A DNA stretch of 39,680 nucleotides from Candidatus Pacearchaeota archaeon (GCA_002688335.1 NZCQ01000035.1:1-39680), one strand, 5' to 3'; shown: positions 24,310 to 34,064, counted from the stretch's first letter. Notes: generated from the letters alone by a model not told the origin. Numbers and translations: made by a program.

Positions 24310-24323
24310 CGTAGGACTCTAGA

Positions 24324-24330
24324 TTAAGAG
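24324..24330. repeat. Right copy of the 7-bp direct repeat TTAAGAG (attR core or target-site duplication)
   Basis: Identical to 4843-4849. Confidence 0.8.
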
Positions 24331-24363
24331 GCAGGTGCTCTAACCGGACTGAGCTACTAAGGC
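24324..24363 (-). tRNA. 5' half of the disrupted/split tRNA-Lys(CUU)
   Basis: The complement reads GCCTTAG TA GCTC AGTCCGGTTA GAGC A CCTGC CTCTTAA. These are the acceptor 5' strand, D arm, anticodon 5' stem and loop with CTT. The next bases (TCTAG...) cannot close the anticodon stem. Confidence 0.75.
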
Positions 24364-24386
24364 TTCCTTAATACTAAAAACAGGTG

Positions 24387-24394
24387 ATTTAAAA
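24387..24394 (-). promoter_or_regulatory. TATA box (TTTTAAAT on the minus strand) of the original tRNA-Lys gene
   Basis: Its proximal edge is 24 nt upstream of the tRNA 5' end at 24363, which is standard archaeal promoter geometry. Confidence 0.45.
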
Positions 24395-24476
24395 GATTTG
24401 CCCTAACAGGTAGTAACCATTATATAATTACGACAGACAAAACATTTAAAAACTCTAATTTTCTAATCTTTTTACA

Positions 24477-24698
24477 ATGGATGAATCTGAAAGAAGAATC
24501 GCAATGTCTTTTAGGGCTGTTAAAAAAGATATCTTGGAGATGAAAGACCAAATACTAAGATTGGCTGAAACCCAAGAGAAAATCGAATCTGCTTTAGACG
24601 ATATTAAAAAAAAAGATAGTTTAGTGCAAATAAAGTCTAAACCGGCATCTAAAAAAACTTCTAAAAAGAAGACAACTAAGAAAAAGTCTAAGAAGTGA
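24477..24698 (+). CDS. Small coiled-coil protein with lysine-rich tail
   Basis: 73 aa, with C-terminus KPASKKTSKKKTTKKKSKK. Confidence 0.4.
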   Translation: MDESERRIAMSFRAVKKDILEMKDQILRLAETQEKIESALDDIKKKDSLVQIKSKPASKKTSKKKTTKKKSKK

Positions 24699-24790
24699 TT
24701 TGATCAGCTTGGAACAATATAATCTTAACCAGTTTTAGAGCCTCTAACTTTTTTTAACCCCTATCTAGAAATCTCAAGAATAATAACTTT

Positions 24791-25642
24791 CTAATTATCT
24801 TGATTCACCACCCCATTTCCCATCTGCATTTGATTTTGCACCTCTTTCATTCTCTCCTGCCCTTCAATAAGATCTGTTATCATTTTATGAAAGGCTATTA
24901 TCGGGACTAAACTGGTTTCCTCCATATACCCCTTTGTACGGTCAGGACAATTAGATATTTCGTCAGGGCCAATTAACTTTGAATAAGTCAGGTCCATTAT
25001 TTCTTTAACTTCTCCAACATCATACATGGGTCTATTAACATCAAAGGTTCTAGAACCATAGACACCATGATTCATTAAAGAATCCAAATCGGATCTTAAA
25101 GGCAAATCTCCGTCAACTAGTCTTAAGTTTATATTGTATCTTAGTCCAATTCCCATCGCCCCAAGCTTTTTATCCTGCAAGGCTGCATTATACCAATCCA
25201 GATCAATATCAACCCCCTTACCTCTATATTGTTCAATAAGAAACTCGGGAACGAGGCCCTGTTTAACATTTAATTTGCTTTCAGGATTTTCTCCTTCTTC
25301 AAGAGAAGGTGCAGGAATGTTTCTTCTCATAAATTCCAAGCAATCTTCTGTTCCTCTAACTATATCCGATTTTATCTGGTCCGGAAGTTTCTCTATAGCA
25401 GATTCTAAGCTGCTTTTATTCGATTTTACTCCATCGGGAAGAACAAGAGAATTACCACTCAGCCCCGAAGTTATTCCTTGAACATAATCAACAACATTTT
25501 GCTTATCAGGCACAATAAATCTTGAATACAAAATTACAGAGTTCATCAAAACAGGATCTCCATTATTTGGATGAGTAAAACTTTTTGAGAATACGTAATT
25601 GCCTATCACTGGTCGATAATCTGAGTTTTCTCCGCTGGTCAT
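24791..25642 (-). CDS. Hypothetical protein
   Basis: 283-aa ORF of complex composition. No family recognised. Confidence 0.5.
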   Translation of the reverse strand: MTSGENSDYRPVIGNYVFSKSFTHPNNGDPVLMNSVILYSRFIVPDKQNVVDYVQGITSGLSGNSLVLPDGVKSNKSSLESAIEKLPDQIKSDIVRGTEDCLEFMRRNIPAPSLEEGENPESKLNVKQGLVPEFLIEQYRGKGVDIDLDWYNAALQDKKLGAMGIGLRYNINLRLVDGDLPLRSDLDSLMNHGVYGSRTFDVNRPMYDVGEVKEIMDLTYSKLIGPDEISNCPDRTKGYMEETSLVPIIAFHKMITDLIEGQERMKEVQNQMQMGNGVVNQDN

Positions 25643-25888
25643 TTTAATACACTTGTAATTCCTAACTTTTTAAATCTTGTGTTCAGTTTTTGTTATCAGT
25701 CGATAGTATCTTAATATTTTTTACCAATGCCCTAAACAAATTCAAAGAGTATCTATAGAAATATTTATGAAATTCATGCAATTAAATATAATATGATAAA
25801 AGAAATTGATTATAAACCAGGAAAATTAAGATGATAATAGATCAGAAATCGCACATAAATTTATATATAATCTAAATTTGTTAGCGAC

Positions 25889-26128
25889 ATGCTTGACTTC
25901 AATGTAATCATAAGGAAGGGAGAAGACGAATTCTTTATATCAGAGGTAGTTGAAATTCCTGGATGTCACACACAAGGAAAAACTATAGATGAATTAATGG
26001 AAAGAACTAGGGAAGCTATAGAATTATGCCTCGAAGATCGAGAAGAAGAAGATATGAATCTCAAGTTTGTAGGTCTGCAGAAGATAGAGGTTGAAAATGG
26101 GCAGGTTGCCTCAAATTATACCAACTAA
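25889..26128 (+). CDS. hicB: HicB antitoxin
   Basis: FNVIIRKGEDEFFISEVVEIPGCHTQGKTIDELMERTREAIELCLED. Confidence 0.7.
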   Translation: MLDFNVIIRKGEDEFFISEVVEIPGCHTQGKTIDELMERTREAIELCLEDREEEDMNLKFVGLQKIEVENGQVASNYTN

Positions 26129-26323
26129 CTAATAAAAATTCTAGAAGGGCCCGGATTTAAGATTGTAAGGCAAAGGGGAGGCCGTGTATCTTTAAGGCAC
26201 ATAGATGGGAGATCTACAACTGTTCCTAATCACTCTGGAGAAAGATTAGATAGGAGTCTGCTTAATAAAATTCTTAAGAAGGATATTAAGATCTCAAGGG
26301 AAAAGTTTCAAGGATTATTGTAA
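26097..26323 (+). pseudogene. hicA: Decayed hicA toxin (frameshifted, GSH motif lost)
   Basis: The ATG at 26097 gives MGRLPQIIPTN and then a stop. The remainder lies in another frame with no start codon: LIKILEGPGFKIVRQRGGRVSLRH...REKFQGLL, 26129-26323. Where the intact copy at 3872-4096 has RQKGSHVRL, this copy has RQRGGRVSL. Confidence 0.55.
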
Positions 26324-26398
26324 CTTCTCAATACTCCGACCATTATGAAGGGAATATTCTTGTAGAAAGATTTAAATTATTCATTCTATTAATAGAAT

Positions 26399-26566
26399 AT
26401 GGCAAAAGAAATTGATTATAGAAAAGAGAAAATTGAACCGGATTATAACGATAATTCAGATTCCATTCTTTCTCCTAGAGAAAGGAACGAACTTACGAAA
26501 ATTTTATTAACTGGAATTGAGATTTCTGAAGGGGCAGGAGATCTTCAAACGATTACTGGGAGTTAA
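26399..26566 (+). CDS. Small hypothetical ORF (55 aa)
   Basis: MAKEIDYRKEKIEPDYNDNSDSILSPRERNELTKILLTG... Its first ~20 nt are repeated at 25793-25814. Confidence 0.3.
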   Translation: MAKEIDYRKEKIEPDYNDNSDSILSPRERNELTKILLTGIEISEGAGDLQTITGS

Positions 26567-26650
26567 ATTAAATAATAAATATTAATTCTACATATACTTA
26601 CACAAAAACTACCGATACTCTCACCAAGTATGTAATTGCGTATGGTTACA

Positions 26651-26905
26651 TTAATCATAAACTCTGCTTCTTTTATCTATTTTTACAATACCTAAAATCT
26701 TACTCTCATTATCTACATCATAAATAATTCTAAACCTACCAACTCTAACTTTATCATAATCCGTACCTTTAACCTTACTTGATACTGAAGGATAAGGATT
26801 CTCTTTTAGTTCATTAACTTTATCAAGAATTCTTTTAGTAGTATCTTTATTCAGTTTTCTTAGAAACTTTGAAGCTTGGTTTGAATATTTGGCATCATAA
26901 CTCAT
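26651..26905 (-). CDS. RelE/ParE-family toxin
   Basis: ASKFLRKLNKDTTKRILDKVNELKENP ... KVRVGRFRIIYDVDNESKILGIVKIDKRSRVY is the canonical RelE/ParE pattern. Confidence 0.7.
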   Translation of the reverse strand: MSYDAKYSNQASKFLRKLNKDTTKRILDKVNELKENPYPSVSSKVKGTDYDKVRVGRFRIIYDVDNESKILGIVKIDKRSRVYD

Positions 26906-27108
26906 AATTCCAACTCTTTTTTTAATTGTTCTTCTGAGATTAATCTTCCCTCTTCTTTCTCCCCTTCATATTCGGTAAAATATCTTTTGTCTTCTTCTGT
27001 GACTATATCTTCGTCAACAATATGTTCCTTAAGATAATCCACATCTTCCTGTAATCTTGCAAGTTTTCCCATTATCTTTTTAACATCTGATTTTTGTATC
27101 TGTTCCAT
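26902..27108 (-). CDS. Cognate antitoxin (small acidic protein)
   Basis: 68 aa, with a 4-nt overlap onto the toxin start. Assigned by position. Confidence 0.5.
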   Translation of the reverse strand: MEQIQKSDVKKIMGKLARLQEDVDYLKEHIVDEDIVTEEDKRYFTEYEGEKEEGRLISEEQLKKELEL

Positions 27109-27198
27109 AATGCAAATAGCAATAGGGATTATTTAAGATTATCGATTAGAGAAAATTAAGTAAGAAAATTATGATAGATTGAGAAGAGAGGTTTAAAA

Positions 27199-27507
27199 TC
27201 ATCTATATTCTCGCCAAGTATGCTTACACTTTGTACACCTATAGAACTTAGTTTCAGCTTCATCCCCTGCCCTCGTCTGAGAGGTCCAGAAATAAGCCTC
27301 TTTATTTTCACACTTAGGACAATCTCCATTAGTTATTGGAAAAACATCTGTATCTTTATCTGTAATAACTCCTATCTCTCCACTAGCCTCAATTTTCTCA
27401 GAAACCTCTATCTTCAGTTTAGTCTTAGATTTATAATTACACCTAGCGCACTTAGTATCTTTCTTCTCACCCATCAAAACACTACCACATTTTGGACAAA
27501 ATTCCAT
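27199..27507 (-). CDS. tfs: Transcription factor S (TFS / RpoM-like)
   Basis: N-terminal zinc ribbon MEFCPKCGSVL...CARC. C-terminal ribbon CPKCENKEAYFWTSQTRAGDEAETKFYRCTKCKHTW carries the acidic hairpin. The track starts 9 nt further upstream. Confidence 0.85.
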   Translation of the reverse strand: MEFCPKCGSVLMGEKKDTKCARCNYKSKTKLKIEVSEKIEASGEIGVITDKDTDVFPITNGDCPKCENKEAYFWTSQTRAGDEAETKFYRCTKCKHTWREYR

Positions 27508-27604
27508 TCTAATCAAATATATAATTTTTCACCTGTCTAGTCTAATAAAAATCATTTAAAAATCTTTCCCTTATTTTTATTAATTAAGTAGTAATGAAAG
27601 GAAA

Positions 27605-28279
27605 TTAAAAGAATATCTTCAAAAACTCAACAAGCCATATCTTAAACCATCCCAGATATGGAATCTTAAAAACAACCTTGCCAATAACTTGATCATTACC
27701 AATATTAGTCTCATCAGTGCCTAAAACATTATTATTAACCTCTAGTTGCTTTTCATTATGATCCCCTTTAGTTTCTATAGAATCTCCAATCTTAACAATT
27801 CTATGGACAATCGGCCTAGGAGCACTAGATTCTTGATTTGGTTTAAATATTATTACATCTCCAATTTTTGGATTAAATCTTCCATAAACAATTACTATAT
27901 CTCCTTTTTTAAATCCGTTTCTCAAGGGAAAGTTAGAAAATTCTTCCTTGTTGATATCGTTTTCTTCATACCATCCTCCACAAGTCTTCCAATATTCATC
28001 AAAATCAATATATTCCTTTTCCCCATCATATCTTCCACATAAACTTAACACTCCGTCATCTACAATTTGATGATCCATACTAGAACTTTCAACCCCTGCC
28101 AGAGGTAAGCTAGTCCCCATAATCAGAGATAATGAAGGAAAGAAGATAAATTTAACAAAAATAAAAATTAAAAGCAATGCAGCAATCCAGCTAAGAACAG
28201 AATCTGAATTCCAAACCCAGTTCCATGCTTCCTTAATCTTTCTAAAAATATCTTTAGTATCCATACACAATAAGATCAA
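27605..28279 (-). CDS. Signal peptidase I, archaeal/ER type (S26B)
   Basis: N-terminal TM helix, the Ser motif GVESSSMDH, then PIVHRIV and TKGDHN (compare the KGDNN box). The start may be the Met at 28264. Confidence 0.75.
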   Translation of the reverse strand: MILLCMDTKDIFRKIKEAWNWVWNSDSVLSWIAALLLIFIFVKFIFFPSLSLIMGTSLPLAGVESSSMDHQIVDDGVLSLCGRYDGEKEYIDFDEYWKTCGGWYEENDINKEEFSNFPLRNGFKKGDIVIVYGRFNPKIGDVIIFKPNQESSAPRPIVHRIVKIGDSIETKGDHNEKQLEVNNNVLGTDETNIGNDQVIGKVVFKIPYLGWFKIWLVEFLKIFF

Positions 28280-28316
28280 AAAGAGTTTTTAAGAGTTTTG
28301 GGAAAATAATCTTATT

Positions 28317-28388
28317 GCTACAACTGGGTGTTATACCTTGTAGCTTGCTACGAGTTGGACTCGGTGGGGTGGCTTCTCCAGTTGTAGT
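28317..28388 (+). ncRNA. Candidate structured RNA (class unknown; strand not established)
   Basis: CTACAACTGG at 28318-28327 pairs perfectly with CCAGTTGTAG at 28378-28387, plus a G.U closing pair. This encloses two hairpins: GTAG-CTTG-CTAC (28340-28351) and CGAGT-TGG-ACTCG (2852-64 of the same kilobase, i.e. 28352-28364). The segment is visibly GC-enriched against the AT-rich background. Confidence 0.3.
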
Positions 28389-28713
28389 TTAAAAATACTC
28401 CGCAGCTTATGGCAACTCGCTAGAGTTGACATGCTCGAGAATTTTTATCTCAGATTTTTTCACTCCCAAAAAATGATGAGAAACCTTTAAATAGTATCTA
28501 ATTCCAGTATATACATAAAGTATATACTTATCTCAGCATTGAGTTGGGTATTAGCTTTATAACACCTCTTTTCCCCTGGATGAGCAAAGACATACCTTGT
28601 ATGACACCTGCTTTTCTAGGGTTTCAATTAATAAAAATAACTCAAAATGTACAAAAAAAATAACTATAATGTAATTTCTCTCCTTAAATCAATCAAATAC
28701 ATCATCAATTAAA

Positions 28714-29103
28714 ATGACAGACATCTTCGACAACAAAATTCTCTGCAAATCTTGCAACGTCGAGATGTCTCCACTAGAACTAACGAAAAGCGGATTTGTT
28801 TTAAGAGCAGTTAACTGTCCTAAATGTAACATACGAATTCTCCATCCGAAAGACGAACAAGAATACAAAAATTTTACAAACTTAAGAAAAAAACAATTTA
28901 ATGTAAAGATGAGATTTGTCGGAAATTCCTATGCCGTATCCATCCCTAAAGAAATAGTTAATTTTATAAAAGATCATGAACGAATAATGGATGATATGGT
29001 TAAACTTTGTTTTGAAGAGTTCGGAAGACTCAGCCTAGATTTCGGATGCAAGACTCCGGATTGTAATGATAAATTAAAAGAAGATATTCGGAGAGTTAAT
29101 TGA
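28714..29103 (+). CDS. Zinc-ribbon plus AbrB/SpoVT-like DNA-binding protein
   Basis: CKSCNV...CPKCN is followed by VGNSYAVSIPKEIVNFI (looped-hinge-helix motif). Its stop is 3 nt before cdc48. Confidence 0.55.
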   Translation: MTDIFDNKILCKSCNVEMSPLELTKSGFVLRAVNCPKCNIRILHPKDEQEYKNFTNLRKKQFNVKMRFVGNSYAVSIPKEIVNFIKDHERIMDDMVKLCFEEFGRLSLDFGCKTPDCNDKLKEDIRRVN

Positions 29104-29106
29104 AAG

Positions 29107-31383
29107 ATGAACCAAATAAAACTTAGAGTCGCAGAAGCATTACAAGACGATGCATATAGGGGAATCGCAAGAATTGATTTTGAAGTAATGAAAGAACTAG
29201 GAATCAGGAGAGGGTACATTATCTCAATCAAGGGGGGAAGAGATACTGTGGCAATCGTAGATAAAGCATATCCTGCAGATGTTGGAGAGGGAATTATAAG
29301 AATTGATGGAATCATAAGAAAAAACGCAAAAACCGGTGTTAGCGAAAATATTATCGTAACCAAGTCTGACATTAAAGAAGCAAAAAAAATAATGATAGCC
29401 CCCGCGCAAAAAGGGATAAGGGTTCAAGGAGATTTAAAACCCGGATTATTAGGAAGAGCCGCAGTTAAAGGAGATATAATCGTTCTAGGTGGAATTCAAA
29501 GAAGAAAGGAACTTATGAACGAAGATTTTGGAATGGATGATATCTTCGGAAATCTTAACGATATTTTTGGAGGGATGAACAATCTAGGCGGAATGCAACA
29601 AATTAGATTCGTAGTTGCAAATGTAGCTCCTAATGCTCCCTGTGTTATAACAGAAAATACAGAAGTATCTCTAAGCAGCAAATCTATAGAAATCTCAGAT
29701 GAATCAATCCCTGAGGTAACTTATGAAGATATCGGTGGTTTGACAGACGAAGTTAAAAAAATACGGGAAATGGTTGAAGTGCCTTTAAAACATCCAGAAG
29801 TTTTTGAAAGGTTAGGAGTTGAACCTCCAAAAGGAGTTTTACTCCATGGACCTCCAGGAACGGGTAAAACTCTTTTAGCAAAAGCGGTTGCGAATGAATC
29901 AGATGCTAATTTTATTTTATTAAACGGTCCAGAAGTAATGTCCAAATTTTATGGAGAGAGTGAGAAAAAAATCAGAGACATTTTTGAAGAGGCCGAGAAA
30001 AATTCTCCCTCAATAGTGTTCATAGATGAAATAGACTCAATTGCCCCTCAAAGAGAAGAGGTTGGTGGAGAAGTTGAGAGAAGAGTTGTCTCACAATTAT
30101 TAACCATGATGGACGGACTTCAATCAAGAGGCAAGGTTGTTGTTATAGCTGCAACAAACAGATTAAATTCAATAGATCCAGCACTTAGACGTCCGGGAAG
30201 ATTTGACAGAGAAATAGAATTAAGAGCTCCAGATAAAAAAGGAAGACTTCAAGTATTGAAGATACACACAAGAGGAATGCCTTTAACAAAAGATGTAGAC
30301 TTGGACAAAATCGCAGGAGTCACTCACGGGTTTGTTGGAGCAGATCTTTCTGCTCTAGCAAAGGAAGCAGCAATGGTCGTCTTAAGAAGAATTCTTCCAA
30401 AATTAGATTTAAAAGATAATGAAGAAATCTCAGAAGAAGTTCTAAAAGACCTAAGAGTCACGAAAAAGGATTTTGACGAATCATTAAAAGTTGTTAGACC
30501 TTCTGCAATGAGGGAAGTATTAGTAGAGACTCCGAATATAGGGTGGAGAGATATTGGAGGTTTGGAAAAAATCAGGCAAGAATTAAAAGAAGCTGTTGAA
30601 TGGCCCCTCCAATATCCAGAAGCTTTTACCAGAATTGGTATAAAATCCCCTAAGGGAATATTACTTTACGGACCTCCCGGAACTGGAAAAACATTACTAG
30701 CCAAAGCCATTGCAAAAGAAAGCGAAGCAAACTTCATACAAGTCAAAGGCCCTTCATTATTGTCCATGTGGGTTGGAAAAAGTGAAGAAGGGGTAAGAAA
30801 AATATTCGATAGAGCAAGACAAGTCAGCCCTTGTATAATCTTCTTTGACGAAATAGATGCTTTAGCTGGAAAAAGAGGGATGGAAACCGGAACGAAGGTA
30901 ACAGAACGTGTGTTAAATCAATTATTGGCAGAAATGGATGGAATTGAAGATCTTTCAAACGTAATAGTCCTAGCTGCAACGAACAGACCAGATATGTTGG
31001 ATTCAGCGTTACTTAGGCCAGGAAGGTTTGATAGAATATTATTGGTAGGATCTCCAGAAAGAAAAGGCAGAGAACAAATATTAAAAATACACACAAAAGA
31101 TATGCCCTTACACAAGGATGTAGATTTAGACAAGGTCCTAGATTTAACAGAAGGTTACGTGGGAGCAGACATAGAATCATTGGTAAGGGAAGCAGGAATA
31201 CTTTCATTGAGGGAAGATATTACAAATAAAGAAGTAAATATAAGGCACTTTGAAGAAGCTTTGAAAAAGGTAGGCCCTAGCGTAACCAAGTCTGACATGG
31301 ATAGATATAGAAAGATTGAAACAGAATATCTGAAAAGCGCAAAAGCTGCACTAGAAACAAAACAAAGTGCTTACTTAGGATAA
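29107..31383 (+). CDS. cdc48: Cdc48/VAT-type AAA+ ATPase (N-D1-D2)
   Basis: VAT-N start [20 protein letters not shown]. Two Walker A motifs [13 protein letters not shown] and two Walker B motifs ([18 protein letters not shown]). RPGRFDR occurs in both domains. Confidence 0.9.
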   Translation: MNQIKLRVAEALQDDAYRGIARIDFEVMKELGIRRGYIISIKGGRDTVAIVDKAYPADVGEGIIRIDGIIRKNAKTGVSENIIVTKSDIKEAKKIMIAPAQKGIRVQGDLKPGLLGRAAVKGDIIVLGGIQRRKELMNEDFGMDDIFGNLNDIFGGMNNLGGMQQIRFVVANVAPNAPCVITENTEVSLSSKSIEISDESIPEVTYEDIGGLTDEVKKIREMVEVPLKHPEVFERLGVEPPKGVLLHGPPGTGKTLLAKAVANESDANFILLNGPEVMSKFYGESEKKIRDIFEEAEKNSPSIVFIDEIDSIAPQREEVGGEVERRVVSQLLTMMDGLQSRGKVVVIAATNRLNSIDPALRRPGRFDREIELRAPDKKGRLQVLKIHTRGMPLTKDVDLDKIAGVTHGFVGADLSALAKEAAMVVLRRILPKLDLKDNEEISEEVLKDLRVTKKDFDESLKVVRPSAMREVLVETPNIGWRDIGGLEKIRQELKEAVEWPLQYPEAFTRIGIKSPKGILLYGPPGTGKTLLAKAIAKESEANFIQVKGPSLLSMWVGKSEEGVRKIFDRARQVSPCIIFFDEIDALAGKRGMETGTKVTERVLNQLLAEMDGIEDLSNVIVLAATNRPDMLDSALLRPGRFDRILLVGSPERKGREQILKIHTKDMPLHKDVDLDKVLDLTEGYVGADIESLVREAGILSLREDITNKEVNIRHFEEALKKVGPSVTKSDMDRYRKIETEYLKSAKAALETKQSAYLG

Positions 31384-31384
31384 A

Positions 31385-31765
31385 ATGAATTTCTTTAATG
31401 ATGATGACCCATTTGAAAATGTCGTAAGAGAATTCCTTGGAGGCAAAGCCAGAAGGGAGAATAGTTTCACCTCAGGAGAGGAAGAAGAACGCCATATAGA
31501 TTTGATAGAAAACTCTGAATATGTTTACATCATCTTCGATCTTCCAGGTTATAATGAAGAAGATATAGACATTAATATAAGGGGGGACATAATAGACATC
31601 CATGTATCCTCAAAAAATATCTCAGGCATACAAGAATATCTCCATCATAAACTCAAGGAGGGAATCTCACTTTCAAAAAAGCTACCAAAATTTATCAATC
31701 CAAAAGGATATAAGAAAAGTTTTAAAAATGGGATCTTAGAACTAAAATTCATGAAAAATGGTTAA
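31385..31765 (+). CDS. Small heat-shock protein (Hsp20/alpha-crystallin)
   Basis: YVYIIFDLPGYNEEDIDINI ... FKNGILELKF is the alpha-crystallin domain pattern. Confidence 0.7.
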   Translation: MNFFNDDDPFENVVREFLGGKARRENSFTSGEEEERHIDLIENSEYVYIIFDLPGYNEEDIDINIRGDIIDIHVSSKNISGIQEYLHHKLKEGISLSKKLPKFINPKGYKKSFKNGILELKFMKNG

Positions 31766-33977
31766 CCCGATAACACTAAAGATAGCAGAGTCCTTACAGG
31801 AAGATGTAAACAAAGGAATAGCTAGACTATCCTCAAATAATCTTAACAATTTGAGCATCTCTTCAGGCGATTTAATAGAAGTAGGAACTAAGGATAAGAT
31901 TGTTGTTAAAGTCCTTCGTTCAGATAAGGTTGATGATGAAAGCATAACTCTAGATGGAACAACAAGGCAGAACATTAATTCTTCGATAGAAAACGATGTA
32001 ACAGTAAAAGTAGCAAAAGTTGCCGAAGCCAAGATGATAGTTCTATCTCCATTACAAGAAGCAAGATTAAGCGAAGAGTCCTCTGCATACATGCATTCTA
32101 AATATCTTCATAGGCCTTTTAGAATGAAACAGCAAATGGTGATCTTTGCTAGCGGACAAAAACTGCAATACATAGTTTCTAAGATCTCTCCAAAAGGAAA
32201 TGTCATCATTACTGGAAAAACAAAGTTCGTGATCTCAGAAGATGTTTACTCGAAGGATGAATCAGGATCTGGGATCTTCTATGAAGATATTGGCGGATTA
32301 AAAAATGAGATTGAATTAGTGAGAGAGATGGTCGAACTACCGATGAAGAATCCAGAGGTTTTCCAGAAACTAGGGGTTGGTGCTCCAAAAGGAGTATTAC
32401 TTACTGGACCTCCTGGAACTGGGAAAACTCTTTTAGCAAGAGCAGTAGCAAGTGAAACAGATTCCTCTTTTTATTCTATTGCAGGACCAGAAATAATGAG
32501 TAAGTATTATGGAGAGTCTGAGAAACACATCAGAGATATATTTGAAAAAGCCACCAAAAACGCCCCTTCGATAATCTTCATAGATGAAATAGATTCAATA
32601 GCTCCAAAAAGAGGAGAAGGAACAGATCAAACTGAAAAGAGAATTGTTGCTCAGCTTTTGACTTTAATGGATGGTCTAAAAAGCAGAGGTCAAGTAGTTG
32701 TAATGGCTGCAACAAATAGGCCTGATGATATAGATGAAGCATTAAGACGTCCAGGAAGATTTGACAGGGAATTAAAAATAAACCCTCCAGATGAAGATGG
32801 AAGAAGAGAGATATTACAAATACACACAAGAGGAATGCCCTTAGGAAAAGATGTAAACTTCGAAGAGATATCTATGAAGACAATAGGTTATACTGGCGCA
32901 GATCTTGAGGTTTTAACAAAGGAAGCAGGACTTAAGGCAATTAAGCCGCATTTTGCAAAGTTTAAGAATCAAGAGAAAATCCCTGCCCAGGAATTAGACA
33001 AAATAAAAGTCAACAGAGAACACTTTCTAGAAGCAATGAAGCAAGTAGAGCCCTCTGCAATGAGAGAAGTTCTAATACAAAAACCACACGTTAAATGGTC
33101 GGATGTTGGGGGGCTTGAAAAAGCAAAAGAGAAACTTAGAGAGTTGGTAGAACTTCCATTATTGAGACCAGATCTTTTTGAAAAGGCAGGAATAAAGCCC
33201 GCAAAAGGAGTACTACTTCATGGACCCCCTGGAACAGGTAAAACTCTTTTAGCAAAAGCGGTTGCAACAGAAACCAACGCTAATTTCATCTCAGTTAAAG
33301 GACCTGAGTTAATCAGTAAATGGGTCGGAGAATCTGAAAAACACGTTAGAGAAATATTCAAGAAAGCAAGACAGGTAGCCCCATCAATTATCTTCTTTGA
33401 TGAATTTGACAGCATTTCAAAACAACGTGGTTCTTCAATGAATGATTCAACAGAGAAAGTTGTAAACCAGCTTTTAACAGAACTTGACGGAGTGGAAGAG
33501 CTTGAAAAAGTGATTGTAATTGCTGCGACAAACAGGAGGGATTTAATCGACCCATCATTGCTAAGGCCCGGAAGGATAGAAGGAGATATAGAATTGTCTA
33601 TTCCAGATGAAAAAACAAGAGAAAAGATATTCGAAGTCCATACAAAAAACATGCCGCTAAGTAAGTCTATAAATTTCAAGGAGTACATTAGCAATACAGA
33701 AGGATTTACAGGCGCAGATATAGAGGCAATTGCAAGGAACGCAGGAATAAACTCAATAAAGAGACATTACAAGAACAAGAAAGATGAAGATCTAACAATA
33801 ACTAAGGAAGACTTTGATTTAGCATTAAAGACGATTCTTGATTCAAGAAGAAAGAATAAGGACGACGTCAATCCTTCAGAAATCAATCCAGATCTGAATA
33901 ATTTATTAAAGAATAAAGAAATTATAAAAAACTTATCAAATAAAAAAGAAAAGAAAAATTTTAAATCAAAAAAATAA
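31758..33977 (+). CDS. cdc48: Second Cdc48/VAT-type AAA+ ATPase paralogue with lysine-rich C-terminal tail
   Basis: N-domain [18 protein letters not shown]. Two [11 protein letters not shown](R/K)A motifs, plus IIFIDEIDS and [10 protein letters not shown]2 reads RPGRIEGD instead of RPGRFDR. The tail ends ...[11 protein letters not shown]. Confidence 0.9.
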   Translation: MVNPITLKIAESLQEDVNKGIARLSSNNLNNLSISSGDLIEVGTKDKIVVKVLRSDKVDDESITLDGTTRQNINSSIENDVTVKVAKVAEAKMIVLSPLQEARLSEESSAYMHSKYLHRPFRMKQQMVIFASGQKLQYIVSKISPKGNVIITGKTKFVISEDVYSKDESGSGIFYEDIGGLKNEIELVREMVELPMKNPEVFQKLGVGAPKGVLLTGPPGTGKTLLARAVASETDSSFYSIAGPEIMSKYYGESEKHIRDIFEKATKNAPSIIFIDEIDSIAPKRGEGTDQTEKRIVAQLLTLMDGLKSRGQVVVMAATNRPDDIDEALRRPGRFDRELKINPPDEDGRREILQIHTRGMPLGKDVNFEEISMKTIGYTGADLEVLTKEAGLKAIKPHFAKFKNQEKIPAQELDKIKVNREHFLEAMKQVEPSAMREVLIQKPHVKWSDVGGLEKAKEKLRELVELPLLRPDLFEKAGIKPAKGVLLHGPPGTGKTLLAKAVATETNANFISVKGPELISKWVGESEKHVREIFKKARQVAPSIIFFDEFDSISKQRGSSMNDSTEKVVNQLLTELDGVEELEKVIVIAATNRRDLIDPSLLRPGRIEGDIELSIPDEKTREKIFEVHTKNMPLSKSINFKEYISNTEGFTGADIEAIARNAGINSIKRHYKNKKDEDLTITKEDFDLALKTILDSRRKNKDDVNPSEINPDLNNLLKNKEIIKNLSNKKEKKNFKSKK

Positions 33978-34064
33978 TCATTAATTTAAAATAGGGGTTC
34001 TAGAGCTAGAGTAAATATACTTTTCCATACAATATTCAAATTATTGTAAGGAGGTTAAAACAAA

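Larger units (their letters stand above)
4850..24323. mobile_element. ~19.5 kb integrated element / genomic island inserted in the anticodon loop of tRNA-Lys(CUU)
   Basis: Bounded by the two tRNA halves and the 7-bp duplication, with imperfect terminal inverted repeats. A tyrosine integrase starts 62 nt from the left end. The content is entirely accessory, while both flanks are housekeeping. Confidence 0.7.

Noticed and set aside
26150-26162. CCCGGATTTAAG resembling the T-arm/att core of the intact tRNA-Lys (CCGGATTTGAACC)
   Set aside because: Only 8 contiguous matches, and it lies inside the hicA remnant reading frame (EGPGFK). Treated as coincidence, not a second att site.
28317-28388. Possible tRNA (72 nt with a long terminal stem)
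   Set aside because: There is no 5-bp anticodon stem with a 7-nt loop, no GTTCRA T-loop and no GG D-loop. The terminal stem is 10-11 bp rather than 7.
28472-28478. ATGATGA resembling a C box of a C/D-box sRNA
   Set aside because: No CTGA D or D' boxes follow at the expected ~12-nt guide spacing on that strand.
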